Counted from the stretch's first letter, positions 23,426-46,150 are shown. The stretch: DNA of 64,000 nucleotides from Amoebidium appalachense (GCA_963693365.1 CAVNZM010000009.1:4537146-4601145), one strand, 5' to 3'. Numbers and translations: made by a program. Notes: generated by a model not told the origin, from the sequence alone.

Positions 23426-23849
23426 TACTCACCAACAGCACAGGGCCGTAGATACCATCAAGCATTTGTACTCGTTATCCAGGTCATATCTAAGCACATC
23501 TAGACAGATAATGCGCCCTTCATGATATGGCACGGGTTTCTAATACGTGCAAAACCGTTTTCCACCCTTGCAGCTCTCTGAACGGACCGTATCCCTGTGG
23601 TCGTTCATCAATAGTGATATGGAAACATACACAAACCCGCTGTATGTTCCCCCTGGATCGGGGGGTCGGCAGGAAATTTTGCCAGTGGTGACTGCACGTG
23701 CGCTGTCTCTGTGGGCATCATACTATTTTCGTTGGCTCCCCCCATCGTCGATTCCTGCAGCGGTTTTGCCTCAGCCATCGGACAAGGTGGATGAGACTGG
23801 AAAATTGGTGAAGAGAAAATCGAAATTGAAGAAGCTTTTGAACAAGTAG
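17412..23849 (+). CDS. Myotubularin-family phosphoinositide 3-phosphatase (MTM1/MTMR2-like, catalytically active type), 5 exons, one apparent +1 frameshift
   Basis: Exons 17412-18768, 20412-20768, 21380-21538, 22606-22863 and 23574-23849. PH-GRAM region, [33 protein letters not shown], catalytic [23 protein letters not shown] and AFEFNE. The frame break lies near the T5 run at 17896-17900. Confidence 0.95.
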
Positions 23850-24127
23850 CAATAACAGAAATATTAATTACGATAGTTTTTTGAGCTTTTCCTTGGAATC
23901 CCTCTCATTTTTGTTTTTTCTTTTGTTTTCTTCTTTTCTCTTTGTTAGGCGCCCGTGCTGTTTTTTCTTTTATTGATGATAAATTTTCTGGCTTTTTTGT
24001 AGAATTTTTAGATGAATGAAGCCATTAGGTTACGCAATAATTAGCCATGGTATAGGGGCATGTGGCCATGGCATGCCAGCACATCTAGTAGTAGTGGTTA
24101 GGAGTCGTGGCCGTGCACACAGGTGCG

Positions 24128-24177
<50 letters not shown>

Positions 24178-25183
24178 ACACATGTGCAGGCACCTACGCC
24201 TGGCCGCGTATACACGCACAGTGACACGATGCCACACACACACACACGCTGATAACGGACCCACACGCACAAATACACTCCGCACATGTACACCCATTCA
24301 CATTTTCACACATGCCCAAGCCTGGGCACTCTCAAATTCACACTCTCATACAGTTCTCGCTTATGCATAGATGCCCCAGACATGTGCCTTTGTTTGGATG
24401 CATACACCCAGCCTCTAGTATATGGCAATCTTGTATGTTCCATGTCACGTCAAATTATTTGCGGCTTTTGAAACTTTTGCACGGCCGTGTATGTATACCC
24501 AATTTTAGCATTCTGTTACGTGTCTTTCCGGCAAAGACTGTGTACGCAACGGATAGTTTTAGATTTAGACGAAGTGCAGTAAATTCAACCCAATCTGCGC
24601 ACCCAGCTGCAGGTAGTGAACACTTTGATGCAATTCGTAAGGGCAAATGCAACATACAGGCGTATTCAATGAAAGCAATTTTGCTCACTAAGTATATTAG
24701 ACAGCATACATGTCGCCTCCCACAAGAACCAACACACTACAGACACACGCGTGTGTGCGCGCAAGCGCGAGCACACACACATAATACGGTACACACGTAA
24801 ACACGACCTGTACCATCCCCCCCTCCCCCCTCCCCCCTTCCCCCCGGCCACAGTGCTATACAGACACTCACACACACGTACACACGCACACACGGCTTGA
24901 CGATCGTGCCCATACACGCAGACACACACACGCACGCCCGCACACACACACACGTCATTAACACACACGTGTGTACACACACACGCTTGAGTGGCACATG
25001 CACACGCTGACCGCCACCACCACATGATACCATTCTCCCCGGCCCCCCTGTCCTCCCTAGGCCTCCCCGTCCCTCCCCCCCCCCCCCCCCCCACCCGGGC
25101 CCCCGCCGCCTTGCGCCTGCCCCTCCCCTCCCACCTCCTCCCTCCCCCCCCCCCCCCCTCCCCACACGAAGTCCCATGCCCCT

Positions 25184-25224
<41 letters not shown>

Positions 25225-25877
25225 CCCCCCGGGCCCCCCAACTCCCCCCCAACGTACCCGGCTTGAAATTCCCCCCCCTCCCCTCCCCCCCCCCCCCCCC
25301 CCCCCGGCCCCCGGGCCCCCCAACTCCCCCCCAACGTACCCGGCTTGAAATTCTCCCCCCCTCCACCCCCCCCCCCCCCTCCCCCCTCCCCCCTCCTCTT
25401 CCCCTTTCCCCCCGGGCCCCCCTCCCCTGTTAACCACACTCCCCCCCCCCCCCCCCCCCCCCCCACCACCACCACCACCACTACCACTACCACCACCACC
25501 CCTTTCCCCCCTCGCCCCTTGCCCGGGGAACCCAGGTTCGATCACTCGGGATCCACTGGGGACGTCCGGTGGATAGATGAGCAGAGTGACTGTGACCAAC
25601 AGCCGATCTAATATTAATCGCCTTGTCGGGACCGATTGAGATCGCTTGAGCTTGTCACTGGAACAATATTAGGCTACCGCAAGGCCTCCTAAATAGCGTA
25701 CGGAAGGCCTTGGGCTACCGTCACATCTCACCCCATTGCTCAGCTGCATCGGCCTCCTCTGGCGCCAAAACCTTTTGAGTGTTGGAAAACGGCAACTCAG
25801 TCATATATATGAGATTCGTTTTCTTTTTCGAGGCATACTTATGCTAAGACTTTAGAAGGTACACACAAACAGACACT

Positions 25878-33377
<7,500 letters not shown>

Positions 33378-34155
33378 CTACCCCCCCCCCCCCCCCCCCC
33401 CCCCCCACCCCCACCCCCACCCCACCCACCCACCCACCACCCACCCCACTTTTCTTTTTTCTCTTTTTGTGGCCTGTGTTTTGTCTTTTTATTTCTAACC
33501 CTCTAATTCGGCATCCCATCTCCCCGTGCCCCCTCCCCCTTCTCCCGGGGACTGCCAATCACGCTGGTAGCTAATAAGTACTCGAACACGCTTGTGCTGA
33601 TGTGGTGTTGCAAGCTATGCGTGTGTCACTTCTATGTACATGTGCTTCCAATGCCGGGATCTATCCTTTTGTTTTTAACGAGGAGCAATGAGTTTACGAG
33701 GTTAGAATGCACGTATCCAATAAAAGGACAAGTATTCACATACACACCTAATCACCAATGAGTCAGTGAGGAAAGGCAGCTATCAACCTTACGTATTAAT
33801 CAGTTGTGTTGCAAGAGGTCAGTGACCTATAGAAACAAACATATTCTGACGTAATGCTTAATGCCACACACAGGCCGAAGAAAAACCCACGAAACCAACG
33901 AAACGCGGCAAAAACAGCAGTAAGCCCGCTTCTCCCTTTTCACCACAAGTCGAGCGTTCTGCGACGCCCCCTGTCCAATCAAAAGACTCGCCGTCACACT
34001 CACCTGCCAATCAGAAATCATCATCCCCCCATCCACCGGCCAATGGCAAGGCATCGGCAACAGCCAAAGTAGCATTGCCCTCAAGCCGGCTTGCGTTGGT
34101 GAGCAGCTCCCCCCCCCCCCCCCCCCTCCCCCTCCCCCCCCCCCCCCTCTCCGGC

Positions 34156-34265
<110 letters not shown>

Positions 34266-35808
34266 CCCGCATAAGGTTCCTTGAATTTTTATCTTTTGTT
34301 TTTGTGGGGTTGTGTGCGAGGGGTGTGGTGGATGGATGGATAGCCGGGTGGGTATGGGTTTGTGCGTGTGTGTGCACACGCACGCATGCATGTGTTGTGC
34401 CCAGGTGAAAAGATGAGGGGTGCCGAGGCGATTCTGCGGGGGAGGGGGGGGAAAGGGGGGGGGGGGGGGGAGGCTTTGGGTGATTGGGTGGTGTATTTTA
34501 TTTATTTATTTTTTTTTGGGGGGGGGGGGGGGGGCAGGCATTGTCCCGCCGAACTTTGGAGTCACGGATCAGCTATGCGATGATTGGGGGTGTCTGGGTG
34601 AAAGATTGTGTATGTGTAGATTCTTTCTGTGTTTATACAAGCGCGAGCTGCATGTGGGTGGGTAAGAGCTCTGCTCCTGGAGGTTGGATGGGTGTGGTGG
34701 CGGTGGTGGCGGTGGTGGTGGTTTGAGGTTGGTGTTGGTGTTCAATTGCTCAAAGCACGCGGTGACCTAATCATGTGTGGTAAACGACTTACACCTAGTT
34801 GCTTCGATTTTTCTTACAGGTTGCAGATTACGGTGAGTCAGAGTCGGACTCTGAATGAAACGAAAAGTCCAACTTCTTGTAGCCCTTTGATGTATGCACC
34901 TATATTTAAAGTGTCCTAGAATCAAAGTAAGCACTCCCAGCTGCGGTTGTTTGAAATGCCAGCTGCAGTAGAGCAACGCAAGTGTGGTAAATCAAGTTGA
35001 TCAATAATTTGAAAGCTTGTCTTAAGATCAATAAACATCTTTACTACTTTGACAAAACAGATCATGGATCCCCCCCCCCCCCCCCCCCCCCCCCCGAGAT
35101 ACAAACACACACTCCACCACCACCACTACGTCCGCACCCTTGGCCCGCTCTCTTTCTCCCGTCCCGGCTACCTAGAGCTTTCTGCCTACTGAGTCCCCCT
35201 ATGCCTGATCCGTGGCCTGTTGCTCCCCTGATGTAATAACCGTAGGCTCCCGGGGGCAGCCCTGACTGTTGAGTGTTGCATACATTCTTTGGGGCGTGTT
35301 TGGCAGCGCAGTTATATCGTGTCTTTATCGTATGCGTCTTTTCGCGTAATGACACGATTCCGAAAACGTGTCCTGCCGAACACGCCACAGCTTTCCGGAC
35401 ACGATAAAGGCGTTGCACGTCGAAGTTACTGTACATATATCGTGTTTTCGATGCTTTTCGAAAAGCATTTTCCGATTTGGCACACTCTCGGTAGAATCAC
35501 CCTAAACTGTAATGTATATGCGCCATATAGGCGGATCCCCCCTGACCACGTACTATCACATATACATCTGATCGACTATGAATGTGTGTACACCTGCCGG
35601 CTTTCTGTTTGCGTCTCTGTTATTCGCCATAATCAGCTAAAACTCTAGGGTGATTCTACCGAGAGTGTGCCAAATCGGAAAATGCTAATTATATACCAGT
35701 ACGGTCCCTCCTTGGCTTCCTCTCTCTCTCCTCTCCCCCCCCCCCCCCCCCCCCTTCCCCCCCTCCTCACACAACCACAGTGTCACCACACACGCACATA
35801 CGCACTAT

Positions 35809-35869
<61 letters not shown>

Positions 35870-35951
35870 AACGCACACACACGCGCACGCGCACGCACGT
35901 GCACACCTACACACGCGCGCGCAACACATGTACACACACACGCACATGCAC

Positions 35952-36029
<78 letters not shown>

Positions 36030-36136
36030 CACGCACAAACACACGCACACACCAAATTAGTGATGCATTGTTCGCTATTGCAAGTAGGAAAGGTAATGCA
36101 ACCATTGGCAACCGTTAACTCTGATATATATATATG

Positions 36137-36360
36137 GGGTTTACGCTGTTTACTCGAGGCAAAGAGAGACCAGTCTCAGGTATATACATATGGGGGGGTT
36201 TTGCTCGGAATATCCCCTCAGCGGTATATCATGATCACGTACATAGATGTCGGGTGATGACTATATATCAGGGTTTACTTTCTCTACGGGACACCATAAA
36301 GACTAAGAAAAATCAATTAGTTGGGGTTCCCCGTTTTTTTTTTTTTGTTTTTTTGTTTTT

Positions 36361-36400
<40 letters not shown>

Positions 36401-36430
36401 GCTCCCCTGGGACACTCGGTATCAGCTGGT

Positions 36431-36494
<64 letters not shown>

Positions 36495-36705
36495 TGTGTG
36501 CGTGCGCTAGAATTTTGTAATGATGTGTTTCTCAGGCCAATCAATACATCTAATAAACATTCGTAGTTACGCGTGTTTAGTATAAAATCAAGGATGTTGT
36601 AATTTACAGGTAGGCTATCTTTCTGGGTGTCTGTTGTGAATGTGACGTGTGTGTGTTGCGGTATTATGTGGTCTATCAAACTACATTTGGCGATACTTGA
36701 CCGTT
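36137..36705 (-). repeat. Dispersed ~540-bp repeat, copy 2 (inverted relative to 7041-7575)
   Basis: Reverse-complement match to copy 1. Confidence 0.88.
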
Positions 36706-37191
36706 TAAACTGGTGTGTGTGTGTGTTGTTTGGGCATGCAAACGATGCCACCTTATTTTACTCATTAGATCTCCACTGTATAACACGTGTACAGTAAAAG
36801 CGTGGTAATTGATCAATAATACCATCAGCTAGAGAAAGACCAGTACCTACAGGAAGGTAATATGTATTTAGGTGTTATACATTTGCGAGTGCCATATTTG
36901 GCAATATGGTTAAGGCGGTCATTATATATAAAACGAGACATAAGGCTTAGTTTTTCAAGGTGTCTGCTTTCATCGGGTCTAGTGTCGTGTGGTATCTTCT
37001 TCCATTAATTGTTATATTGCGTGATTATCTTGTGATTGTGTACATGTTTAATAAGTAAGTGGCAGTCCAAAGTCACACGCACACTTTTGCGGGGTTTATT
37101 TGTATTTGTGCCCGGGGGACTCGGAGAGAGATAGGGAAGGAAAAAGGGGAGAGGTGAGGAGGGGACAGGTCGATATATATATATATGGACG

Positions 37192-37227
<36 letters not shown>

Positions 37228-37255
37228 GATCTTTGGATAGGAGAGGTATGGTCAA

Positions 37256-37301
<46 letters not shown>

Positions 37302-38598
37302 CACGTGTGATCTCGAAGTGTTGGCTTGTACAGTCTTTGAGTTACTATGCGTGGTCAGACATGCACACCAACTCAAACTACTAGTACTAATATTTGAATA
37401 TCGAAGTATACATGACCACCTTTTTATGTTGTCATGTTCCCAAATTTGACCAGACCTTCCGAAGGCAGCCCCCATGACCCACCTGGAGTTCACAATTCCG
37501 AAAAATTTAAATGGTTTCGAAAACCCAGAAATTATGTGCGCGGTTTCCGATTTCGGGTTACGCAGGGCCGGCGGGCCGCAACCCCTGACCTGAGTTGTCC
37601 TTCCGGGATTCGAAATTGAAAATCGAACCCTGTGAGCGACCGAACCTTGGCAATCGCATTCCTGTCTACACTGGTCCGCGCACACCTATTTTTTTGTAGG
37701 CCTTGGATTGTTTATAGAGCCCCAGCCTCGTTCTATTGTAAAAGCCCAGCTACCATCGAATATGTATCGAGTGAGGTCAGGTGATTCAGGTCATATGTAT
37801 GTAATTAGTGTCGAATTTAACGATTTCTATTAGCTTCATCCCATTGGTAACTTATCACGCGCTCGCTCAAACCATGGTCCCCCCCACCTGGTAAACTTTT
37901 GGGGCCCGCTCCGAAATGTCGTTTATTCAGAAAACGTCACTGTCACCAAGCCAAGAACAAGACATGGAACAATCTGCTACAGACATACCAATAGGATTTT
38001 TTTATGGCCATTTTATTGAGTAAATTGTATTTTCTGTTCTGGCATGTTGCCAATGTTCTTCGAAAAAGGCTCTATCATTGTACATTATACATTTCCTATA
38101 TTTTTAATTAGGGAGTTATAATTCTGCAAAACACCCCACGTAAAGTTTTGGGGGACTAATTTGCCCATTGGTACATCCAATCACAGCGTCCTAACGCACA
38201 ATTTGCCCATCCAATCGATTTGGGCTCAGGAATAAAAGAACGAATCGGGTCTAGTTTGCAGCTGCAGTGAACAGTTGAAACGTTATTTCAGTGTCTTTGT
38301 CCATCTGTACTTCGCTAAACTCGTTTTCTGTTCAGGCCCAGCAACCTTTCAACGAAATAGTAGCTCTAGTTATTGCGCGGTAAACGTAACCACGCCTGTT
38401 AAAGCGCACATTTCCATTATAAGTGACTATTCATTTAAGCAAATTTATTCTTTTCCCCAAAGGCCTCAGATAATCCAGCCGTTTATCTAGTCACCCTAAA
38501 AGCCATCTTCACATAGAATATCAAAAAAAAAAAAAAAAAAAAAAAAGTACACAAAATAGCCCGCTACAGCTTAAATAGCTACACACGTGATTATAAGA

Positions 38599-40068
38599 AT
38601 GACCAGTGTGCGGACACTTGCTGCCGTCGCCGGCTGCCTGGCTGTTGCTACCCCGGCACAAGCAAGTAAGCACACCCTTCCACCCGCAGAGCACTTGCAC
38701 GCACACGCATGCACACACCCACACACCCGCACACGCACGCATACAACGCACACACGTTAGCACTCGGTCATGCTCATACCTTTCAGACGAATTTGACCTC
38801 ACCACTAATTCATGAATTTCAGAAATTCGTTCGCCCACAGCGGCAGGGCGGCTTTCTACCTGCTGAAGATACCTAAAATTACTAGATCTTGATGCGGGCT
38901 CATGTCTTGTTAGTATATTTGCTACCCCATCGTAGATATATATACACTGTACACAAGTATCCGGTACGGGTACAATAGGTGCCAACCTCTTTCAAACGTT
39001 GTGTCCTAACCTCATCTCCTTCATCCAGCTTTCTGGTGGTACAGGCCTTCTGGATCACAAACATCATGCCCTCCCGACCAGGATCTCTGGTGCGGTTTCT
39101 GCTATCCCATCCCTGCGTGCACTCCCGGGTTAGTATGGAAGAGCTGGAGGTATGGTTGCCAGAGGCCGGACTTCGTGGCACCTACTTGGGGGGTCTGGGG
39201 TTGGCCACAACGACAACAAACACAAGGTGCACCCAGCGGAGCATCTGTCATTCCTACAGGTGTAGCGTCGTTTGACGACGAGAACGAAGTTGTTCAGCCT
39301 ATGCCCGCGGTTGTAACAACAACTTGCACGCGCAGGCCGCGCGTTACACGCACTAGACAGATCTCTGTGGTCCCAACAGATGGGGAGCAGTGGCAGACGC
39401 TATCCGTCATGGCGCCCACAGGCGTCGTATTTTTCCCAAGTGGGAATTTCGCCGCGAACACCCCTGCAAGTGTGGTCCGACCAAGGCCAACGACACAACC
39501 TTTCACTGCAACGGGTGGCAATGCTGAAGTTACGCTTAGTGTTGTGGCCCTCCAGCCACAACCCGCACTCACTGCACAGCAGCCCCTCCTCATGCCTGCC
39601 ATTGCTCCACCGGCGCCAGTCCCAACCACAGCAGCAAGTGCTACAAAGACCGGTGGAGGGGGGTTCATTCTCAGCGTAATCCCAAATTCGGTGCTCGAGG
39701 AATCTGAATCAGTCACAAAAACCGCCGCCACTCCCACTGACACGCCCGCCCCCACCATCGCTGCAGTGCCTGCTCCTGCACCGGCTGCGGACGTTACCGC
39801 GTTCCAGGGCCAGAGTGCGGCAAGTTTTGGCGATGAGACAACTGGCGACAACATGGCCCCTGCCAATGTCAATGAACCAGAGGGTTGCCCAGTAGGGTTC
39901 GGTGGTTCGGACTGTGCTGATGTCAATGAGTGCATGTTGGGTCAGCACAACTGCTCGCCTGATGCATCGTGCAGGAATGCAATTGGGTCGTTTACGTGCA
40001 AGTGCGGGAATGGGTATGCGGGTGATGGGATCACGTGCGTGAACATCCTCGGTGTGGATGCGCGCTAG
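38599..40068 (+). CDS. Secreted protein: signal peptide, Cys/Trp-rich N-domain, Thr/Pro/Ala mucin-like stalk, C-terminal calcium-binding EGF domain
   Basis: Exon 1 38599-38665 (MTSVRTLAAVAGCLAVATPAQA, donor GTAAGC). Exon 2 39029-40068 (branch-like CTAAC, acceptor CCAG) is in frame. C-terminus CPVGFGGSDCADVNECMLGQHNCSPDASCRNAIGSFTCKCGNGYAGDGITC is an EGF_CA motif. Confidence 0.85.
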
Positions 40069-41165
40069 GTTGAATGGTCTACATACCAGTTATATCTGTG
40101 TATGTTATATATGTTATGTGTTTCGTCGTTAGTCCTCAATTTAGGCCAAATGGATTTGTTTGTTTGATAGGAGAAGCTAATATTAGCATCTTCTTGGTTC
40201 GGATATCGTTATATTATCTTCCTCGTCGCTTTGACACCGTACCCACAAAGTGACCCAAAAGTAGGGGCTTTCTTCCGGCCTTTATACCGTGTGCATGGGC
40301 CCACTTGTAATTATACAGGCAGACATTTAGATGTATAGGACTAACAACCAGTTATCTACAACTGAGAAACTAATGGTATTTAAAAGCATTACGACTTCAC
40401 CAACAGCACTGTGTGCTCCATTATGAGATGAAACAAGTTTGAAAACACCATATTTTAATACTTGGGTCAGCACACAACCCCTTAACCAAAATTCACTACG
40501 ACGAAAATTGTCGCACACTTTAATACTGAGCCTGCATAAGCTTGTACACTTTATATGTTGCACTGTGTGCATCTGGTTGGAATTGTCATTAAAGGGGGCC
40601 CCGGGGGAGAGAGAGGCAGGGTTCAACCTGTACCATATGTGTATGGCATCCTGTAGTGTGGTGCACTCTCTAATTGTCTAACTGTGGCAATATAAATAAG
40701 AAGGTCGGAGTCCGTCTACGATAATATTGTTGTCCTTCTGTTTGATTGACTGACCGTACGTGTCTCTGACTATCTGTGCGTGTGTGCATGTGCAGGCTTG
40801 TGTGTGTGTGGGTGTGTGTCCAGGGTAGGTGGATGGGTGGGTTTGTGTGTTGTGTGTGTGTGTGTGTGTGTGTTTGCGTGTGTGTTGGGTAGGTGCGTGC
40901 GTGGGTGCCAGTGTGTGTGGGGGGAGGACAGGGGGCGGGGGGGGCGGCTGCGGAGGAGGGGTGGAAGTAGGCCCAGGGAGGACTCCCAGTTGCCAGTTCG
41001 AATTCTGCTCCCGGTGCCAATATTTACAGTTAATCTGCCCAATCCTCAACTTTATGGACCACCATTATAATACAGCGTCTACGCATACACACATGTGCGC
41101 GCACGCGGCACCCACCCACCCACCCAGACACAGACACGTGTGTGTGCGCACACACACACACTAAC

Positions 41166-41200
<35 letters not shown>

Positions 41201-41211
41201 CTGACACAATG

Positions 41212-41289
<78 letters not shown>

Positions 41290-42345
41290 GACAATGACAC
41301 AGACACAATGTCGTACACACACACACACACACACAAACGCACACAAACACACACACACACACACAAAATTCAATCAAAATTTCCTTTGTGTTGCTAGCAA
41401 AATATTTGCTCCGGCTTTTCACTAGTACAACCTTCGGGTGCTTGTAAATAGGCGAACAGATCTAACGTTCACATCAAGCACCAAGGATGTAGCACCATTC
41501 TTCTCGCCTCTACATTGACAACCATGTACAGAAGACTGTAAACATGGCAACCAAGCAAGAAAAAGAGCTAAAGGTGGGTAAGTGGGATTGGTGATAGTTT
41601 TTTTTTTTTTTTTTTCGTGCCTGTTTTCTTCGCTCGCTTCTGTTCACCTGTCACGATGTTTTCACACATTTGCTCACTAGGTGCCTCTTGCAACGTTTGC
41701 TGAGAGTTTGTGCTTACAATGTTTGGTGCACATGCACACCCACGCCATATGAGCTCTGTTCTGTCGCCTGTCTTTGTTGCACTATTATCAGCCCCTACCC
41801 ATGCATCACACCCATGCAATCTCCTTGCTTCCGCCTGGAGACGTTGACGGGAGCATACAGCATTTACCCATGCACAGCGTTAGGCTGCAAGGTTCTTCAT
41901 ATAAGTCTACCCGCAAAGCATTAAACCACCTGCTGCGTGCATAGCCTGCTTCTTTTCGATGCTTTCGCACCTTGTTTCTTTCTGTTATTTTTACTTCCCA
42001 ATTAGATATAGAAACACCGGAAAAGTTATGTGGAGCGCTGCACTCAGCTGGGTGGTGTACCAATTAGTGGCGTGCTTGCATGTGGATTTTCCCATCGCAT
42101 TTTCAAGCTTGTGTTGTGCACACAAACTAAATCCATGCCCTGTGGGAGCACTTGGCACGTTACACGTTACATCAGCTCCTCCAGTTTGTCATGTCACACT
42201 AAGGAGATCTCTACAAGGTTCCCCCCCCCCCCCCCCCCCCCCTCCGCCCCCTTCTCCCCCCCCCCCTCCCCCCCTCCCCTCCCCACACACACACACACAA
42301 CCCCCCCCCCCCCCCCCCCGTCCCCCTCCCCCTCCCCCCCCCCCA

Positions 42346-42425
42346 AAAAACTGAATTGCCTCTTCGTAAGCATCTCGTTGTTCACTTCTGTTGTGTTTGT
42401 GCCACCTGGCTGCCTCTATGCTGCA

Positions 42426-42495
<70 letters not shown>

Positions 42496-42593
42496 CAAAA
42501 AAAAAAAAACAAAAACTGAATTGCCTCTTCGTAAGCATCTCGCTGTTCACTTCTGTTGTGCTTGTGCCACCTGGCTGCTTCTATGCTGCAAAA
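42346..42593. repeat. Tandem duplication of an ~80-bp unit separated by poly-C/poly-A
   Basis: AAAACTGAATTGCCTCTTCGTAAGCATCTCG.TGTTCACTTCTGTTGTG.TTGTGCCACCTGGCTGC.TCTATGCTGCAAA occurs twice. Confidence 0.88.
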
Positions 42594-43294
42594 CAGTGCC
42601 CTAATCTCGCTACCAGTTCCCCTCGAATGCACATCTGCTCGGGGACTTTAAGCAGCCAACACATCCTTCTCGCTCGCAATGATTCACATGCACGTTGCAT
42701 ATTTGCGCCACCGCACCCCAGTCTTATAACACATAATTTTTTCCTTGTAAGGAAATTTTGCCCAACTTCATAGTCACCACCTTTCTCCTTTCTTTGGTCT
42801 TCTCCTTCCTTGTGGCATGGTTATTCGCTCTGATCTGTTTGTGAAACCAAAAGATTTGTAAAGCTCTTTTTGTTTTCAATGCTGCACTGTTTCATGATTG
42901 GGCTTTGAACTGCTTTGTCTATTGCTATGTCTGCTCATTATCGTCGGATTTGTCAGATGGCTATTAGCAGGACGTGGTGTTGCAAGAAGGGTAGTTTGGG
43001 AATATTGGGGAAGGACAGGGGCGGGAAGATGTATTGGTTGTGGTTCGGTTGCTCTTGTTGTTGTAACAGTTGTTGTTGTTGTGGGGGTGTGTGTGGTTTT
43101 TGGGGGTAGAGAGGGGGAAGGGGGGGGGGGGGGGGGGGGGGGGGGGGAGAGAAGAAGGAGTTCTGGAGATGTGTGTGTGTGTTTGTGTGTGCATGTGTTT
43201 GTGTCCTTGTGTGTTTGTGTGTGTGTGCTCTCTCTCTCTCTTTCTCTCCCTGTGCGTGTGTATGTAAGTTTCTCTCTCTCTCTCTCTCTCTCTC

Positions 43295-43359
<65 letters not shown>

Positions 43360-43991
43360 TGTGTGTGTTTATGTGTGTAGTGGTGGTGTTGGATGGGTGT
43401 GTGGGTGGGTTGGGGTGGGGGGGGGAGGGGGGGGGAGATGGGGGAGGGGGAACGAGAGGGAGGTGGGTGAAATTTATTGGAGTTTGACTCGAGGCCCCAA
43501 TAAAAAGGAGGTCATATGTGTATCTTGGCACACTGAAACACGTTTACCCTCATGTTTGTCGTTGTGAATGTAACATCATTTGGACGTGCTGGTATACTTG
43601 GCTCCTTTTCATTCCCCCCCCCCCCACGCATACATCCTTCCCCCCCCCCCCCCCTCTCTTCCCCTCTCTATTTCCAACCCTCTAATGCATAAAGCCCCCC
43701 CCTCCAGCACCCCCCTCCCCACCGGTGCATCTTCCGCCTTTTGATTCTTCTAGCGCTTGAACACACTCAGAACCAATGGTGTTCGATGTAACATATTCTT
43801 GTTACCTACATGGAATATATCTCCTGTTCTCTGCTGAGTTCGAAACGGTTTTCCAGTTCCAACCCCTCTTCTCTCTCTCCCTCTCTCTCTCCCCCCCCCT
43901 CCCCCCCTCCCCCCCAAACAACAACACCCTTCCTTGTCTTTCTAAAGGGATACATCTCGTCCTTCCCCCCCTGTCCCCCCCCCCCCCCCCC

Positions 43992-44026
<35 letters not shown>

Positions 44027-44231
44027 CCCCTCCCCTGCCCCCCTCCCCACCCCAAAAAAGAAAACGAAATGTAAAATCAAAAAGCACGAAGACTGAACAA
44101 GTGTATACTAACGAACACCCCGACCCCTTACACCCCACCCTCTTAAATTTTAACACATGTGCGCGCACATGCGACAAAAACCAACATACGCACACACACA
44201 CACACAAACACACACACACAAACACACACAG

Positions 44232-44997
44232 CCCGACGTTCTCCCTCCCCCGCATCGGGCCCCTTTGCACGCCTCCCGCCTGAGCTAGTGAAGCACATTG
44301 ACTCCTATCTTCAGCCCAAAGATGCCCACCCCCTCGCATGCACGTCACGTTTTCACCGGGACCACGCCTTCATCGGTTGCAATGTCTATATCGAACTCAT
44401 GGAATGCTTAGTACGTTGTAACAATGAGATCCAGCATCAGTGGCGGTGTTGCCCCAGTGACAGCTGGCTACGCCTAGGCACGTCAAAAGAAACCACAACA
44501 ATCATATTTACGCGCAAGGGCCTTCTCCCCAAGCACTTACACTCCGACTATCCCCAAAAGGTCGATGTGACAACCCCGGTGCCTGCACACAGGCGGGACC
44601 AAAGAGCTCATCCTCATCTTCTCGGACGCCATGGAGCCACGTGCTGTTTCGAACTGCTTTCTGCGTGGAGTCACATCAATCCTGAAGGGACTTATTGACG
44701 GGCCCTCGTTGCATACCCTCCGGTTGGTATTCACGAAGGACACAGAGATTGGCCGCCTTTCCACAAATGACCCCACCGATGATTTCATCAGCAACATCCT
44801 TTGCATCTGCATTAAACGTGTCCTCCCTAAAGGTGGAAGGGTGCAGGCCCAACTCCTTTGCTAAGACAGAACTGGGCGGTGTGAGGTTGGATGCCATCAC
44901 ACACTTCACCTACTTGCGGCAGTATTCGCTTTATGGACGAGACATTGAGGACCTTTGCGAGCACATGCAGCTGTACAAAAACCTCAAGAGCCTAGAG
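44232..44997 (+). CDS. F-box protein exon with LRR-like tail and two apparent +1 frameshifts (assembly errors or pseudogene); other exons not resolved
   Basis: Acceptor (CA)nCAG at 44231. F-box motif FARLPPELVKHIDSYLQPKDAHPLACTSRF, then LHTLRLVF and LYKNLKSLE in successive frames. Donor GTGTGT at 44998. Confidence 0.6.
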
Positions 44998-45023
44998 GTG
45001 TGTGGGTGTCAGTGTGGGTGTAG

Positions 45024-45098
<75 letters not shown>

Positions 45099-45533
45099 GC
45101 GCGTGCGTGTGCGTGTGCGTGTGCGTGTGCGTGTGCGTGTGTGGCCGGGTTGGTTGCAATGGATGTCTGACTGGGCGCGAGTGTGGCTGAGTGGGTGTTG
45201 GTGTAAGGTGGGCATGGGTGGGCTCCTGGCAATAGATGTCCGTGTGTATGTGTGGGCATGTGGGAATGGTCTTGTGTGTGTGGGTGGATGTGGGTGTTCC
45301 ACTTGCATCAAATTCTTCTTGCATAAACTGTGGCCATAGGTAAAACGAACGCTGTAATAAAAAAGATTTAACAGTATGATTCCCATGGCATGCATGGTGC
45401 AGCCGCTAGGCGTGAAGAGTATTCCGAGTGCTTTGGGGTGATGATTTGTGCACGGTACCGGTGTGTTGGCTTTCCTCGTGTGTGTGTGGTGTGTGGTGTA
45501 TGTGTCTGTCATGTGTAGGTGAGCTTTTCTTTC

Positions 45534-45585
<52 letters not shown>

Positions 45586-46150
45586 GGGGGGTTACATGTG
45601 GTTACAAACGTACAGCTTAATTAGGAAACAGAAATAATATAGATAACGGGAAAAAAGAGAGCCATCCGATCGCGATTTGAAATATATAAAAAATAAATAA
45701 CGGGTATATTCCAGGGTCCGCAATATATAAATCCTCCACATAATGTATTCGCCGAATGGAATGCTTGTTCAATACGGAGTCAACAGAGACTCCAATATCA
45801 ACAGATCGATAAGTACAGAAACAGAAGAAAATGACCGGAAAAGAACTCATTGATATTGGCACACGCTACTAGCCTAGAGCCGAACGAACAGAAACATGCC
45901 AAGCATCATATAATAATATCTCAATCCACTGAATGTATACAGGTGTGTTTGTACTATCTCACAATTAATATAGGTCACGGTTAGCTGTACATGTAAAAAC
46001 CATGTCCTTTTCTCGATATCCGAGGCTCCCCCTCCCTCTTCCCCCCCCCCCCCCCCCCCCCCCCTCTTCCCCCGCCCCGCGCACCCACCCACCCCCTTCT
46101 TTTTTTTAATGCAGCTGCTTGCAACCGTTTCGAGCCATTCGCACTTCACA

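Noticed and set aside
40960-41020. tRNA-like GTTCGAAT..CCA segment (also GGTTCGATC at ~25535)
   Set aside because: The T-stem and acceptor stem do not pair, and no cloverleaf can be drawn.
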